Assembly (NCBI GenBank): GCA_964106915.2
Contig: OZ066914.1
Source of the DNA: Podarcis gaigeae
Lineage: Eukaryota
Length of the DNA: 64,000 bases
Strand: one strand, 5' to 3'
Under the pieces are notes generated by a model that saw only the letters and a program-made list of their open reading frames with translations, searched no databases and was not told the DNA's origin. How positions within the stretch are numbered: the first letter of the stretch is position 1; every line of letters begins with the position of its first letter. Made by a program: the position numbers and the translations under genes. Positions 13,086 to 26,715 of the stretch are shown in pieces.

Positions 13086-14415
13086 TAATTGACAATAGTT
13101 GCTTTAGTGCAGGAGGCAATGAGTTTGCTGACGAAATGGGGCGGAAAGAGGCTTTGTTGGAACCCGAGGCAGTGAACTTCTGAAACTTGCTATATTGAAC
13201 TACTCAAAGTCTGTTTGATACATGAAGAGAATAGAGAAGTGAGTAGATAAAAAGTAAAGGTGTATCAGAATTAACAGAACTGCGTATTGAAAGCCAAGAT
13301 TAACAGAATCTCCTTCCACAAAATCTCCAAATTACCTGGAAATTGTGAATCATATTAAATTTTTTTAATCACTTTTCGAAATTTTGTAACTTACATTTGA
13401 AATGCAGAGCAAATGTAACATATCATATTAAAGCCCATGTAGTTCTGAAGAGATTGGTGTTTTTAGTTTTGATGTATCTCAAACCTGGGCCGAGCCTTTA
13501 AGGTTTTTGTGTAGTCCAGCAAAACCAAAACAATTGCAATTTTTTGGAAATTTCAAACCCTCATAACGTGAAAATGGGATGAGATAATTTTTTTTTTTTG
13601 AGATTTAAACTTAGTTTTGATCATTCAACAAGTGTACAAAATATTAAGAAAATTGGATGATAAGAGGTAAAAAAGTTGGATCACTTGATATAGAATGACC
13701 CATTGTGTCCAACTAAAAATACCGTGTGTGTTATGGATAAACCTTTGGGAATATGAATATATAAGGTAATATTTTTTTATGAGAGAGAACAATTATTAAT
13801 GATGTAGGGCACTGAAGAGAATTTTGCTGATTGTCTTCATGTTTTGTTTCTAAACTGGGGAATGATAGCTTATTCCAGTCTCTCACATTGTGAGAAGTAA
13901 CAGTGTACAAAAAGCAGGGTTTTATCCAGAAATCGTTTGTCTGTACAATTAATTGTGCAAGTACTTGCATAATGTAGCACAATGTCTTCTGTTAGCTCTT
14001 GCACACCAATTCACAAAGCAGCAGCACTAGCAGAATTTCTTCTACTTTCACATTTCTGGATCTGGGCCACAGAAATTATTCGGAAGCTCAGTATTCTACC
14101 TCTGAAGCTCAGTATTGTACTCTGAGTGAAACAGAGCTTAAACTGCCTGCAGTTTATCATAAAAGCATAACTTGATTTGAGCAGATGGAACTCTCTATTT
14201 ATAGGTTATTATAGTTCCTTTGAAATGTTTTTTAATTCAATGGAACTCATTTAATTTTCCTGGGATGTGTTGGCACTTACTGACTTGTGCCAAAAAGTTG
14301 CTTCCTAGCCTTTGTATGGCAGGACTTAAGTGGTTTTTGTGCATTTTCTTACTGCTTTGTTTTGTTCCTAGAATAATTTAAATACTCATTTGTTTTGTTA
14401 TCTTTTGATATCCAG

Positions 14416-14506
14416 TCCTTACCAGCTGCCATGATGATGCAACCTCAGCCGGTGGTCCTGATGCCCACAGTGTATCAGCAAGGAGTTGGATATGTGCCTA
14501 TAGCAG
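14416..14506 (+). CDS. TOLLIP: TOLLIP coding exon 5 (Pro/Gln-rich linker)
   Basis: atccag|TCC...GCAG|gtatgt, 91 nt, phase 0/1. [30 protein letters not shown](G). Confidence 0.97.
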
Positions 14507-15020
14507 GTATGTTACTCCTTTTTCCTTTTTAATTTGAGCTTTGAAAAACAAGTCTCTTGGAAATTGCTAATTTAAAACCAGAGGCAGAGACAAGCTCTGT
14601 TCTTTGAAGTACCCAGCATTTAAAATCAAACATTCAGTATGGAACTATAATTTGGAGACTAATAAGGCACTTGCATGCTCAAGCTGTTTACAGATTTTCA
14701 CAGAACTGAAGTATTTATACAGCTGTCAGTGTGGCTACATTTTGAACAAGCCTTAGCGAGCCTTGGGTTTACAATCCACCCACCCCAGGCAATGACTGAG
14801 AAGAGATTTTAAAAAAAAAACACTTCAAATTCTCTTTTTAAATGAACCACAGTTTAGTGTGTTGTCGAGACCCAATCTGTGGTTAATCTTAGTTATGGTT
14901 AGTGGTAACAAGCCAGCTTCATTAACTGGGGTTTGAAGTTGACTTGTTTCCACTAACCATAGCTAAAATTAGCAACAGTTGTTTGGCATCAGAGAACTCA
15001 GGAATCTACATTTAATCTAA

Positions 15021-15347
15021 CCATATATACTTAAGTATAAGCCAACCCGAATATAAGCTGAGGCACCTAATTTTACCACAAAAAACTGGGAAAACGTATT
15101 GACTCAAGTATAAGCCGGTTCACCACACCACAAACCTGGTGGTGACAGCAGCAGCGGAGGAAGAACAAGCAGCCCGAAAGGGCTGATTTCGGGCTGCTCG
15201 TTCCTCCTCCACCGCTGCCAATAGCAGCAAAGGCGGAGGAGGAGGAAGGAGCAACCTGCAAGGACCCTCACTTGAGTATAAGCCAAGGGGGGCTGTTTCA
15301 GCATTATAAATGTGCTGAAAAGTCGGCTTATACTTAAGTATATACGG
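15021..15347. mobile_element. Tc1/mariner (Tc2-like) MITE
   Basis: TIRs CCATATATACTTAAGTATAAGCC / GGCTTATACTTAAGTATATACGG, with internal repeats of the AGTATAAGCC motif. Confidence 0.8.
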
Positions 15348-18300
15348 TTCTTGCTGTAACTACCATCAGCTAGTTGATCAGCGGTTACAGGTAACGCCTC
15401 TGAAGTCTGTTTAAGGAAAGTTGTTTGGATGCATACTGCATCCTCCAGATGAATAATCTGCAGAGATAAAAATGTTCTGTTTGGAGGAAATACTTTGAAT
15501 TCAATCGAAGCAGAGAAAAAGAGCCCCCTCACTCCCTAGTGCAACCAAGCCCAACAGGGTTCCCTGTTGACTCCGATTAGGTGATCAGCACTGACAAGGA
15601 GCCCTGCTTGCAGAGGATTACTTGGGAGCTCTTGATTGGTCCTTTGCTGCCATGGCTGTACCTGCCCACATCTAGTGTGGTTTGTGGGGGGTGGCATTGC
15701 TGTCCAAGTTGGACCCATCCTGGCCTATGTAGGCCCAGCAGCCAGAGGTTCCCCTCACCTCTGGTCTACCATAGTATCTGAATTGGCCCAGTATGTGGTA
15801 CACACTATTTTTGGCCAGACTACTTATACAGGTTTATGTAGTGCTTCAAACAGTATCAAGTAAAAGCCAAAATAATATGTTTTCAGTGCAATAAGTACTG
15901 CTGTGTTAGAAGCATGTATAATTTTTATGTGAATGTCACAGGCCTCCTGTTGGATTGTATTCATGAAATGTTTCACATCGTCTCCCTCTCCTTTGACTGG
16001 AACAAGTTTAGAAATGTATAAAACATTTATTTCCTCTTTATGTGAAAGAATGGATGTTTATCTGCATTGCTCCATATCTGCACATATACATGGTTGGTGA
16101 TCAACAGTGAGAACAACTCCAGGAGTAAAATGGATTAAACCAGCAGCTTGCCTTCTGGTCTATTGATTTTCCTAGTATTTAAAATTATGTGGAAGTAGTG
16201 ACTGTGTTTAGGGTACAGGAAAACTGTGTGAACACAAGCTCTCCTATCCCTCGTGCACCAAAGTTCTTGCCATGCCATTTGGACTTGTACCTCCATAGTG
16301 AGTTTTCTCCTATTGCTCTTCAAAAATTATTTCTCCCTGCAAATCTCTCCTTATCTTGCATCCCCTGTTTTCTGGTGCTACTGTACATAAGAATATTTAG
16401 CCTTCTATAAAAACAAATTTTCAACTCAGTATCCATTATGGAGTTGGGATGGCAAGATGTCAGCTTCTTCAAAGGCTGAAGCTTTATGACATGTCTCACC
16501 AATATGTTGATGTTCGACAAAAATTTGTGACTAAGGATCAGACTGAAGTGCATATTTCATCATTTTTTCCTAAAATGTTTTTGTTGGGCTTGATTTGTAT
16601 ATTCAAACATTTACCAAACTTCTGATAGTTGAGACTTTATAGCCTCTCTGCCTACCGCCTTTCTGCCCCGTTTCTACTTTTTAAAAGTTTTTTAAGCCTT
16701 TAAATATCTGTGGCATATTCTACCCAGTCTTTAGAACCCCTTTAGAACCCCTTCAATAATAAATCTTACTTTCAAAAACAAACTGGTCGTTTGAATTTGA
16801 CTGCTGTAAACCCAAATTATTCAATCTGCCAGATGTGATAGAGAATGTCTCCCTCTTACTTCTACTTAGCAACTTGCAGTATTGTAAAAACAAGGGCATA
16901 ACTTTGTAGTATTGCAAAACTCAGTTACCCTATATTTTGATGAATTGAAGAGCAGGGTATGTGCATTGTCTTGCATATGTGCATGGAGTGTTTCTGCAGT
17001 GAATGAATAAATATTACATTGCCAGTAGCATGTATTTTATCATACTTACAAAGCTTCAGTAGTGTGCTTCTTCAAGCCTCAGTTATGAATGAGATCCAGA
17101 TGTCCTGTTAATAGCTCTGCAATCTTTATTCAGCTTCTGCATTGGTGATATTCCTCCTCTGGGTGTCTTATTATAGCGAATAATGTAGTATGTATCAGAA
17201 TCATGCAGTCCATATTTGAGAAGAATGGTTCATTGCTGTCTAGTTCTTAGTATGATGTACAACTTCATTCAGTCTTTGCATGGTTTGTTGAAAGGACTGA
17301 GAAGTGTAAAAATTTCTGGCACTTTCACAGAATTTAGCCTTTTAACCTAGGCCATGGGTAGACAGTGTGATGCCTTCCATATATAACACCATAGACAACA
17401 ACACCTACTGGCCCCAGCCATTATGACAAGTTGTCACTTAAACCATATTGCAAGATTGGATGGTACTCTGCTTGATTGCTGGGAAGATGTGATAGATAAA
17501 GCATGCAGAGTGATTGAGGTTTGGCATAGGTTCTAAAATAAGGAAGAAAGAGATACCAGTGGTGAGTGAGAAGTCTTAAAGTGATTTGAAAGAGTCTTGA
17601 TGCTGACTGATCTGTGTGACTGCAGACTTAGAGACTGGACCTAAAGATCAGATTCTGTAGAGAGCCAAAGGCTTTTGCTGATGAAGGACATTTCACTCAT
17701 AGCTGTGAACTGCAAATGTGTGGCTTTGCAGTTGCCATCAATTAACAGCGTGTTTGTGATCTAGAAACAGGATAAGATGCTATCATGCTGAGGAAACAGA
17801 TACTTAGCAGGGGGGATATAGGCACAAAGGGGTTAGGATTAGTTGTACCTTGGCAGGAAAAGTAAACAGAGATGGACTGAAAAGGGGCTGTGCAAAACAG
17901 CCTGTGATGCCATTAAATATTTGTAAAGAAGTGAAGGATACCCTGTTGTCCACCCTCTCTGTTGTGCGTGTGTGTGTGTGTATAAAAATAAAAACAGTAT
18001 GTGTGATGGATGAAGTACAGAATGTCATCTATTCAGTCCCATTGACTCATCATTTTCAAAGGTTTCAGCAATTAATTAGATAAAATGCATCTTCTAAAAT
18101 TCTGTAGTACATATGCAGTAAAAAGGTTGGACACCAGGTGTTATCATGATCTTCTAGCTGTAGACAGCAATACCCAAATTGTAATATGTATTTAGTTATG
18201 TTATTTGTAGAAGTTAGGTTTTTCACATTCGCAGGAGGAAGTCTAAGAAGTCTTTATTCTTGGATAGGAGAAATGGTTTTCTTCAAACAATTTTTATAAA

Positions 18301-21300
18301 CTGGAATTTTTTTTTTATCTCTACCCACCCATCAAAGTAATCATCTTGAATTATGAAACTTATTCTTCATGTTTGGCATTGTTGGAATTTTACTTCCCCC
18401 ATTCCTTTTACCACGTGAAATATAAAGGTGGCTAGATGTAAAGAAGTGTGCTTATGTGTGGCAGGAACTAGGACGACAGGAACTCTGATGATATGGGCAA
18501 GAAGAGAAATAGACAATTTGGGACAGTATGGTGTCCATAAAATGGAAATGGTGGACATTACTTAATCATTTCATAGGATGTAATGACATGGGGTAAGTGT
18601 AGATCACTAGATGTGTTAGTGAAAATATCCATAGGATTGCATGTTGCTGTTTGAAACAGCAGGCAAAATCCTGGCATCTAAAATCTGTAGTGTGTCCGCA
18701 TTCAGTCTCCTTGGAGGAAATTTCCTAGCATTAAGTAGAATAATGCCTGTTTTCCATGTTTTATTCCTTTCCCACACTTTCACCTGTCCTCAGGGCTTGA
18801 ATACTTGGCTCTGGGTAAGTCTTCTTAATTCTTTTTGCATCCCATTCAACAGGAACAAGAATTATGCATGAGATCATGCAAACTGCTTTTTATTTGTATG
18901 CAATATGTTGCAATACAAGAAATTGCAGGTGGATGTCACAATACACCAATTTCAGAATTATTTATATTATCCTATGTGATTTCAGTGGGAAACAAAAATG
19001 TGTTAGAAAAATGGAAGGTAGTTCTTCATACAATAACAAATTTTGTTATTACAAATAGTAGGTTTATTTATCTTAAAGTTGGCAGAAGTTTCTCTCCAAA
19101 CTTTCCATTAGTGTTCTTGATGACATTAATATATATATTAGCATTAGGTTTTGTGTTGTCACTTTTTCCATACTCATTTATCACTCCATCCCCTGACAGA
19201 CCTACCCCTGGAAATTTGTATGACTTCACTTATTTTTAATAAAAGAAATTGCTTGCATTTGCAATAAGGCTCCAAAGTTTAAAAGTTATTTATCACTTGT
19301 CTTGTGAACTTGAAGGAGTCTGAACGTGTGCACTTTTGAGTAGGAAAGGGATGAACCTAGCAGAATTGTTTCTACCTTAGGGAAGAGATAGCTGCTGCCA
19401 GAGGACACACAGTACAAATAATCCTTGAAATAAATTAAAGTAGCTTTTCCATGCTTGTAGTCACTCTTTGAAAGGAGGGCTAGTGCCTGAATGTTCATTT
19501 TCCTACTCTGGGCTGGAGAAAGGACTTTGTGAACTAAGAGGTGGTACCTCTAGCATGTCTTAGTTCCTTTTGAACATAATAACAAAAGAAAGGAGTGTCA
19601 AATAGTACCTTGTCTTCCACTAGTCTGTACCATTTTTATATGTTTCAGTACATGTTCTATGTTCAGGACCTGCCCTATGCTGTTTTCAAAGATGCCTTCT
19701 GTTTCGGTTGCAGAAAAGGCTTTTCCTGAGCAGGCATGGCATTGGCACAGAGTTGTCAAAGTAACCGTGAATTTCTTACATTGCTCCTATGCTAAATCTG
19801 GGCCTAGTTCAAGTGAGAGCATGGCCAATTTAATGCCCAAGCTTAACTGTTTCCATTTTCAACCATTTTACCTTGGTTCTGGATTTCTGTGCTGAGGAGG
19901 ATGGTGGTTGCGCTACAACACCAAACAATCTTAAAATTAAAAGTTGTAAAGCTGTGGAAGGGCAAAAATCATATCCCATTGGGTTCTCCAGTAAACCATC
20001 TTGTCATTAATTTGCTTGCCTATTATATTTTAAATCATCTGCTTTCGTCTTTGCTTTTGATCAGTTGCTCCACAGATAAGATCAGTTTTGCAGTGTTATC
20101 AACCTGGCTTTTCCAAGCCGCCTAAAGACAGATTGCACTCACAAAACTGCTACTGGGTACTTAATGCCCATTTGACTGTGATCTGGAACGTACACACTTG
20201 GTCAATATTCTTCAGTGACAGATTAGTTTTTTATCAACTTGTGGGCAGGGATGGAACCTGCTAATTTGCTTCTTTAAAAATAACTACTTTGAAGTCAATT
20301 TCATCAGGGCTACCCAACACTGACTGTAATATGGGACTTGTCAATTGCCTCTGAGGAGTTCCTAAGCTCCAGTAACTATCTGGCTTATTGCAGCAGTGAT
20401 TTGCAAGTCCTATTTGTCATGTTGCCGTAAAAATGGGGGGGGGGGGGAGGAATGAAAGCTACTTAGGCTGCATTCCCCCTTTCTCCTTTGTAAAATGTCG
20501 TGGCCCATAGTACAACACAGTATGACTTGAAATCAGAAGGAGTATTGTGACATCCTCACTGTTAACTGCAGTATAAAAATGTCCAGTCAAGTGTCTCTTT
20601 TCTCATTTAGTAAAATGTTCAATGTCCAGAATTTGGAGCAGGCACAGGGTGGAGTTGGGGGATATAATGCAACTGTTAGCATTTTTATCTGTCCTGGAAT
20701 TATTTCTGACCTCATAGGTATTGACAGAAGAAAGTCTCTAAAAGATAAAGAAATTATGGAGCAGCATTTTAAGTAAGATACAGAGATGCTCATGAAAGTT
20801 AGATTCCACCCCTCCTGTTTGTGACATTTGAATGTGTTCCACTGATAAACATTGATAGCTTTGACTTTTCCTTAGGAAATTTTGAGGGGGTTAGGGTACT
20901 GGGATATGAAGGCACTTGACTGTATTAGAATTTTGTTTTCAATTCTGCAGTATTTTCTGTACAACTTGAATACATTTATTTTCAAGTCAGTTTTCATTGC
21001 TTGTTTGTAAATAGCCAGTGTGCATTATCAAACACATTGCCATTTTTGCATTTATGTTTTATTAAATGCCAGTGCTTATGCCTGAATGCTTCTTGCTGCA
21101 GCCATGCTGGTGCATTGAGACCAAACCTGTTTCATAAAATTTGAAATACATCCTTTGTAAGTAGGAAACAACATCCCATGAACAACTCTGTGTACATTGA
21201 AATATGTATTATTCAGTACTAGTGTTGATCAGTTTTAATTCAGGTAGGTTATTTCATAAATAATTGAACTGTCTTGTGATAAGAAAATAATTTTAATGTT

Positions 21301-22671
21301 ACTTTTATTTTAATTGGCAACATTGATTGTCAGATTATTAGGAGCTTTGTTTCTTGCACAGAATGAAAATCACAAAAAATTCTGGTAAACTATTATTGGC
21401 TTAATCAAATGTCTTAAATAATAGAAGAAAGCTTTTAGACTCACACAAGTGTATTCTTAAGAGCTGAGTTGTGCCAGACAAGAGTATACAACTATTTAGA
21501 GCTGGGTTGGGAAACTGGAGCCAGCTGGCAGCCAAAGCTCCTTATTTCCCCTACCCATCATGGGCAAAGTATGAGAGGCGAGCTTACCCACTTGTCAATC
21601 ACTTAATGTCAGGTGATACATTTTTGCATAATGCTGTTGACAGCACCCCTTTGAGGAACTGCTGATTGTTGGTACTTGCATAACTGTGCACAGAAGTGGG
21701 GAGGATCAATGGGTCATTGTCCCTTGCATAATGATGTATACAGAAGCTCTGGCGAACCCCTAATGGTTAGCACTTGCAAAAATACATTTTTGCCTAACTG
21801 TGTCTTCCTGACCCGCACTTGATGTCATATATGTGGCCTAGGCCTGCAGGCCATGGATTCCTCACTGCTGATCTACAGGCTTGTGCAACTTTGGATGAGG
21901 TCACAGAATAATCTGAAGAATTCAGCATGGACTTTTGGCAGTCTGGATTGCAGCTAATTTGAATATTATATTATACTTCAACAGCTTCTCCCAAATAGTT
22001 TTCGCAATGACCTCTTCTCACAGTCCTGATAGTTATATTGCATTTTGTCAACGATGGAATTATCACCTAGTCTATATAGTGACTAAAAACAAATCAATTA
22101 ATTTATACATTTGATTTCCAAGCAAAAACATTTGTTCTGATTTTTGCTTTTACTGGCTGTAACATCAAGATGGTAGGAACACCTATTGCTAACAATATCA
22201 GCTAGTGGAATCATTAACATCTTGTGTCTTCAATATCATTATTACTTCTCCAGTAGTGCAAATTGTGGCTGATACTGATGCATTTATCTGTGGTTCAAGG
22301 TTACCTTTTTATAGCAAAATCCTGTTCACTATCTAAACTTAAGGTTAGGGGCAGGAATTGTATTAATAGGATCCAGCGTGAAATATTTAGGAGGCAGTAT
22401 TTTCTGTTTAAGCACAAGGACTGCATGGGACTAACCAGGCTTTTCAGATTTTTGGCACTAGTAGCCAGTTTTTAGGTGCTTGGCAACTTCCAGTTTTGTA
22501 AATAGCTAATTTTCCAAAATAGCAAATGGGCTCTTTAATTAAAATAGTTCATTCTTGCGTTTGTTTGTCTGTGATTTTACATCTAGAACATAATACCATT
22601 ACTAAACAGGAAGATTTTACCCACTAAACACTTTGAACTTGTGGTAAGTTAGACTTAAGAGTCGTATTAAC

Positions 22672-22796
22672 CTAGGGATGGGGAATGTTTGGTCCTCCTG
22701 ATGTTGTTGAACTGTAATTTCCATCATCTCTGGTCATTGATGCTGCTGACTGGGACTTGAACAGCATCTGAAATGCCACTGGTTCCCTATCTCTGT
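22672..22796. mobile_element. Degenerate hAT palindromic MITE (same family as 46956-47091)
   Basis: CTAGGGATGGGGAA...CCTGATGTTGTTGAACTGTAATTTCCATC...ACAGCATCTG...GGTTCCCTATCTCTG. Confidence 0.6.
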
Positions 22797-22902
22797 CTTA
22801 ACTGTGCTTTAACTCCATGAGTTTGATGGTATTTGAAAGCTATTTCATCATTTTTAAAAAATACTTGCCAGTCTTCCTCAACTGTCTCTCTCTATTTTCC
22901 AG

Positions 22903-23117
22903 GAATGCCTACCGTTTGTAACCCAGGCATGGTACCTGTGGCAGTTCCACCTCCCGCTGTCAACCCTCAGCATGTATGTAATGAAGAGGATTTAAAATCT
23001 ATCCAGGACATGTTCCCCAACATGGACAGAGAAGTAATCCGTTCAGTGCTAGAAGCCCAGAGAGGGAACAAGGATGCTGCTATCAATTCCTTGCTTCAAA
23101 TTGCAGAGGAATCTTAG
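22903..23117 (+). CDS. TOLLIP: TOLLIP terminal coding exon 6 (CUE ubiquitin-binding domain, stop TAG)
   Basis: ttccag|GA ATG, phase 1, joins exon 5 in frame. Ends ...[46 protein letters not shown], with the CUE MFP motif. Confidence 0.98.
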
Positions 23118-24852
23118 ACCATCTGCTCATTTTCCATCTTCATTGTTACCCTTACTTTTGATTTGCCAAGCCCAGGGATTTAGGTAGAGGAAGAATTTCC
23201 TGAGAAAGCATCCTGTCTGAGAGATTGTGTTCCCATTTTATTGGTGGTGGTTGTTGGACATTTGCACATTTTGTTTTTACATATGTTCTATAGAAATCTC
23301 AGCCATTTTTATTAAGATATCAGTTCTGTCATGTATGGCTGCATTGGTTTGAGAGGTGGAGTTGGAGCATCTATGCTGCTTTTTTTCCTTTCCCCATTTT
23401 GGAAAACAAACACACACAAGCTTATTCACCTAGTTTTGACACTATGCATTCTGTTGTCATAAGAGGTTGAGTGATCACAGCAGACTGCTGTTCAACAGGG
23501 AGTTCTCTTAAAAGTTCCCTCCTATCAAAATAATATTTGCCTGAAAAGTGATTACACAGTGCCCTTCAGCAGGTTCAGCAATTTATAACAATTCTTAGTA
23601 TAGACAAACTGGCTTTCCTGTAACTTTTGTGATCTTTCTAATGAGAGATTCCATTGCTTAACCTATTAATCGGGCACCAATGCAATATATTTTTTGAGTT
23701 TTGTTTGTTTAGAGATAGCTACTCTTATCAGATGTGCTGCTGTGCATCTGAAATCTGAAGTTAATTATTTCTCGGGCCACAGTAGCAAAGACTGGAGGAA
23801 CAGGGTTATTTCCTAATATGCTATTGTGTTTACTTGCACTGTCCTTGCTTCTACATTTGTGAGACATTCAAAAAGATAAAGGTGAGAAGATTTTATACTT
23901 GGGAAAATTTGGCATCACATTTTAATAAATGTTCTTATGATCAGTTACCATAAAAGAATAATAATGCTTTAAAAAAAAAAGTCATTTTTCATCCATAATC
24001 ATTTGTTATGGATGAAATCATCTATTTTTCCATTTTAAGAAAAATAAATTCAAGGCATAATACCAGTACGATATACACAGTCATTACTCATTGAGTACCA
24101 GTTGGCCTTAATTCCATCAAAACTGAGGCCTGTGAAAGAATCCATTGTCACAAATGAGGCAAACCAAATTTAAAATACAATCTCAGTATGTTGGAAGAGG
24201 GGAATTGTACATATTCATTGTGTATTGTTAGACCTGCAGAACTGTAGAAGAGGACAATTTTTTATCTGTTTAATCAGTTCCTTTCTTGTTTGGCAAAAAA
24301 GCAAAGTAATGCACTTTAATATGCACATTTTTTCTAAATGTGCTATTTGGCTTATTGATGGGTTTAAAACATTTTAATTACTTTCTGTAATTGCCAGCCA
24401 TACTTTGTACTTTCTCAAGTGTTTGAACACAGTTCAGACTCTCACATTGGTTGTGACTTTTATCACTTTGGAAAAAAGTGTGCGTGTCTTTTGTCTCTCT
24501 CCCCCCCCCCCACCCCAATTCCTGCTCCGCTCCTTCAAGCATTCAAAAAATTGTCCACTAGAATACTTCATCATATCATCATAAGTACTCCTGGCACAGC
24601 CAGCTTATAGTTCAAATATTTATTTTTTTAATGATTAAAATATAGGGGAGGAAATGATTTTTAAATACAGTACCAAAAATTTGTGTGTTTTCTTTCTGTT
24701 TGTTGCTTAAAACGTATGTATCCTTCCATCTAGCTAGCAGACTTGCATCTGTGAGCATTTATTCCCTCCTCCGCCTTCCTGTCCTTCTGTTGCTTTTTAA
24801 ATACATGAATACAATCTGCTGCAATGTGTGTATTTTACAACATCCTCTAGAT

Positions 24853-24963
24853 CAGCCTTTAACAACTTGATGCCCTCCAGCTGCTTTGTATAGCTCCCAG
24901 CCAGCATGGCTTTGGGCAGTTGTAGTCCAAAACATCTAAAGGGGACCAGACTGGCAAGGGCTG
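24853..24963. mobile_element. hAT palindromic MITE within the putative TOLLIP 3' UTR
   Basis: CAGCCTTT...AAGGGCTG ends. 8-bp TSD CTCTAGAT (24845-24852) / CTCTAGAC (24964-24971). Confidence 0.75.
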
Positions 24964-26251
24964 CTCTAGACCGAAGAAGCTTGTGTGTCCATCAGAAAAT
25001 TAGCTTGGATACTTTCTTCATATTTTACAATACTTTCAGATCAAACTTTTATCTAATGGCATACATTGTCAGTAGCATCATAGTACAGGTAAGTCTTGTG
25101 GTATGTGTGAAATAATATATTTTGAGAACTCAGACGTACTCAGCGGAAAGTCTGGAATAACAATTTGATGTTTGGAAAAATCTGCTGTAGCATTATACCT
25201 ATAGAATAAAATGGACTGTGTAGTTCTAGAAAACGACATCCAAGTACTTAAATAGAATAATTATTAAGATTATTCTGGAGATGGTTTTAAAGGGTTTCTT
25301 TTAGTTTAGGGAAGATCCTGAATTGTAAACGCAGTGCAAACAGTTGAGAATGCACTTTCACAATAAAGACATAAATAGGAATGGGAGTGTTATGACTAAA
25401 TTCAGTTTCTGGAAGGTACAAGGATATGAGATCTGTGGAAAGTCTGGGAAGCTTTAGTAGTGGTTGTTAAGCTGCATTCTTAAACAATAGAGCAGAGAGA
25501 ACAATCGAAGAACATGGGTAGTAAATATGATAGTTTGCTATTAACATGTTCCTCTATCATGAAGAAAACAATGACAACACACAGTCCTGTATTAAATTAA
25601 TGCCCTGCATTCAATGACTACTATGTATCATTAAAGTTGAGAGGGGTAATTGCAAGCATGGCTACAGTTTTATGCATATCTGTTCTTGATAACTACCGGG
25701 ATTTCCCCCGATCCTTCAAACATGTGTTTGGAAGTAATCCCCATGGATTTTAATGAAATTTGCCTCCAAATCAATGGGAAGAAGATTGGGGTGCAAGTTG
25801 CCGATGTGGGAACATCACCTGTCAAGTAAAAGAAATGCTGTGCAACGCACAATTCTCAATACAATTTTTCATATGCTCCGTTTAAATGAACAGCATGTTC
25901 AGCTTTGTGCATCTGGCACAGCATTCCTCCACAGCCGGAAGAACTCTGCTGAAGACTGAACTGGTATTCGCACTAGCTTCAAACCTGCCAAGGACCTGTG
26001 AGTGGGTTAAATACAGGAATATTTGTGTCTAGCTAGATGCTTGCCACCTTCTTCTCTATTGCTGTGTGAGTGTGTGCTGATGGTTCCAAGTGTTTCCCTT
26101 TGCAGATATTATTGCTTGCGTTGACTGACCTGTAATACTGTATAGAGGATGTTTTGCTGTAATAATTCTGAAGACATTGTTTTTTACTGTATTGAGGTTC
26201 AGATGTTTGTCTCTTGCATTGTAAAATATTTTATCCCATTCTATCTAATTT

Positions 26252-26257
26252 AATAAA
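26252..26257 (+). terminator. Candidate distal poly(A) signal of TOLLIP (proximal candidates at 23924, 24043, 25205)
   Basis: AATAAA followed ~20 nt later by the GU/U-rich element GTGTTTGTTTTT. Would give a ~3.1-kb 3' UTR. Confidence 0.5.
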
Positions 26258-26529
26258 TGTGTACCAAATCATGGGAAAGTGTTTGTTTTTAATAGGCGAC
26301 ATTATGTTCCAGAGGCTGGGAATTATATTAAGTGAAATGTAGACAATTTTTAAATCCAGCTATTATTCATTGAAGCTAATAGGACTAACCTAAGTCTGTT
26401 GCTGCATTGAGTAAAACACAGCCCCAAATACTGTAGGCCACAGAGGCTTTCCTGGTATTTGTTTATACTTAGTGGAATATCCATACTCCAAGGATAGTTT
26501 GTTTGAAGGAGAGTGAATCATTTAAGAAT

Positions 26530-26715
26530 CTGTGTGGTGAAGTGGCTGATGGGTGTTGCAGATGAACCCAGGAGATAGAGGTTTGAGTCCATTTTTGCTT
26601 TCAGTCACACTGCTTTTCTTGCTTAGTCGTATTTTCTCCCTCAGTTTCTTGGTTAATGCAACAGGAATAAGAGGGATTTGCCACACAGGGTGGTTTTGTG
26701 GGGCAAATAAAATGA
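26530..26715 (+). mobile_element. Degenerate tRNA-derived MIR-like SINE
   Basis: A-box-like TGGTGAAGTGG, B-box-like GGTTTGAGTCC, core-like CCTCAGTTTC...CACAGGGTGGTTTTGTG...AAATAAAATGA. Confidence 0.5.

Noticed and set aside
14083-14123. Short tandem duplications (also 16730-16752 and 35213-35248)
   Set aside because: Ordinary slippage-type duplications with no sign of function.
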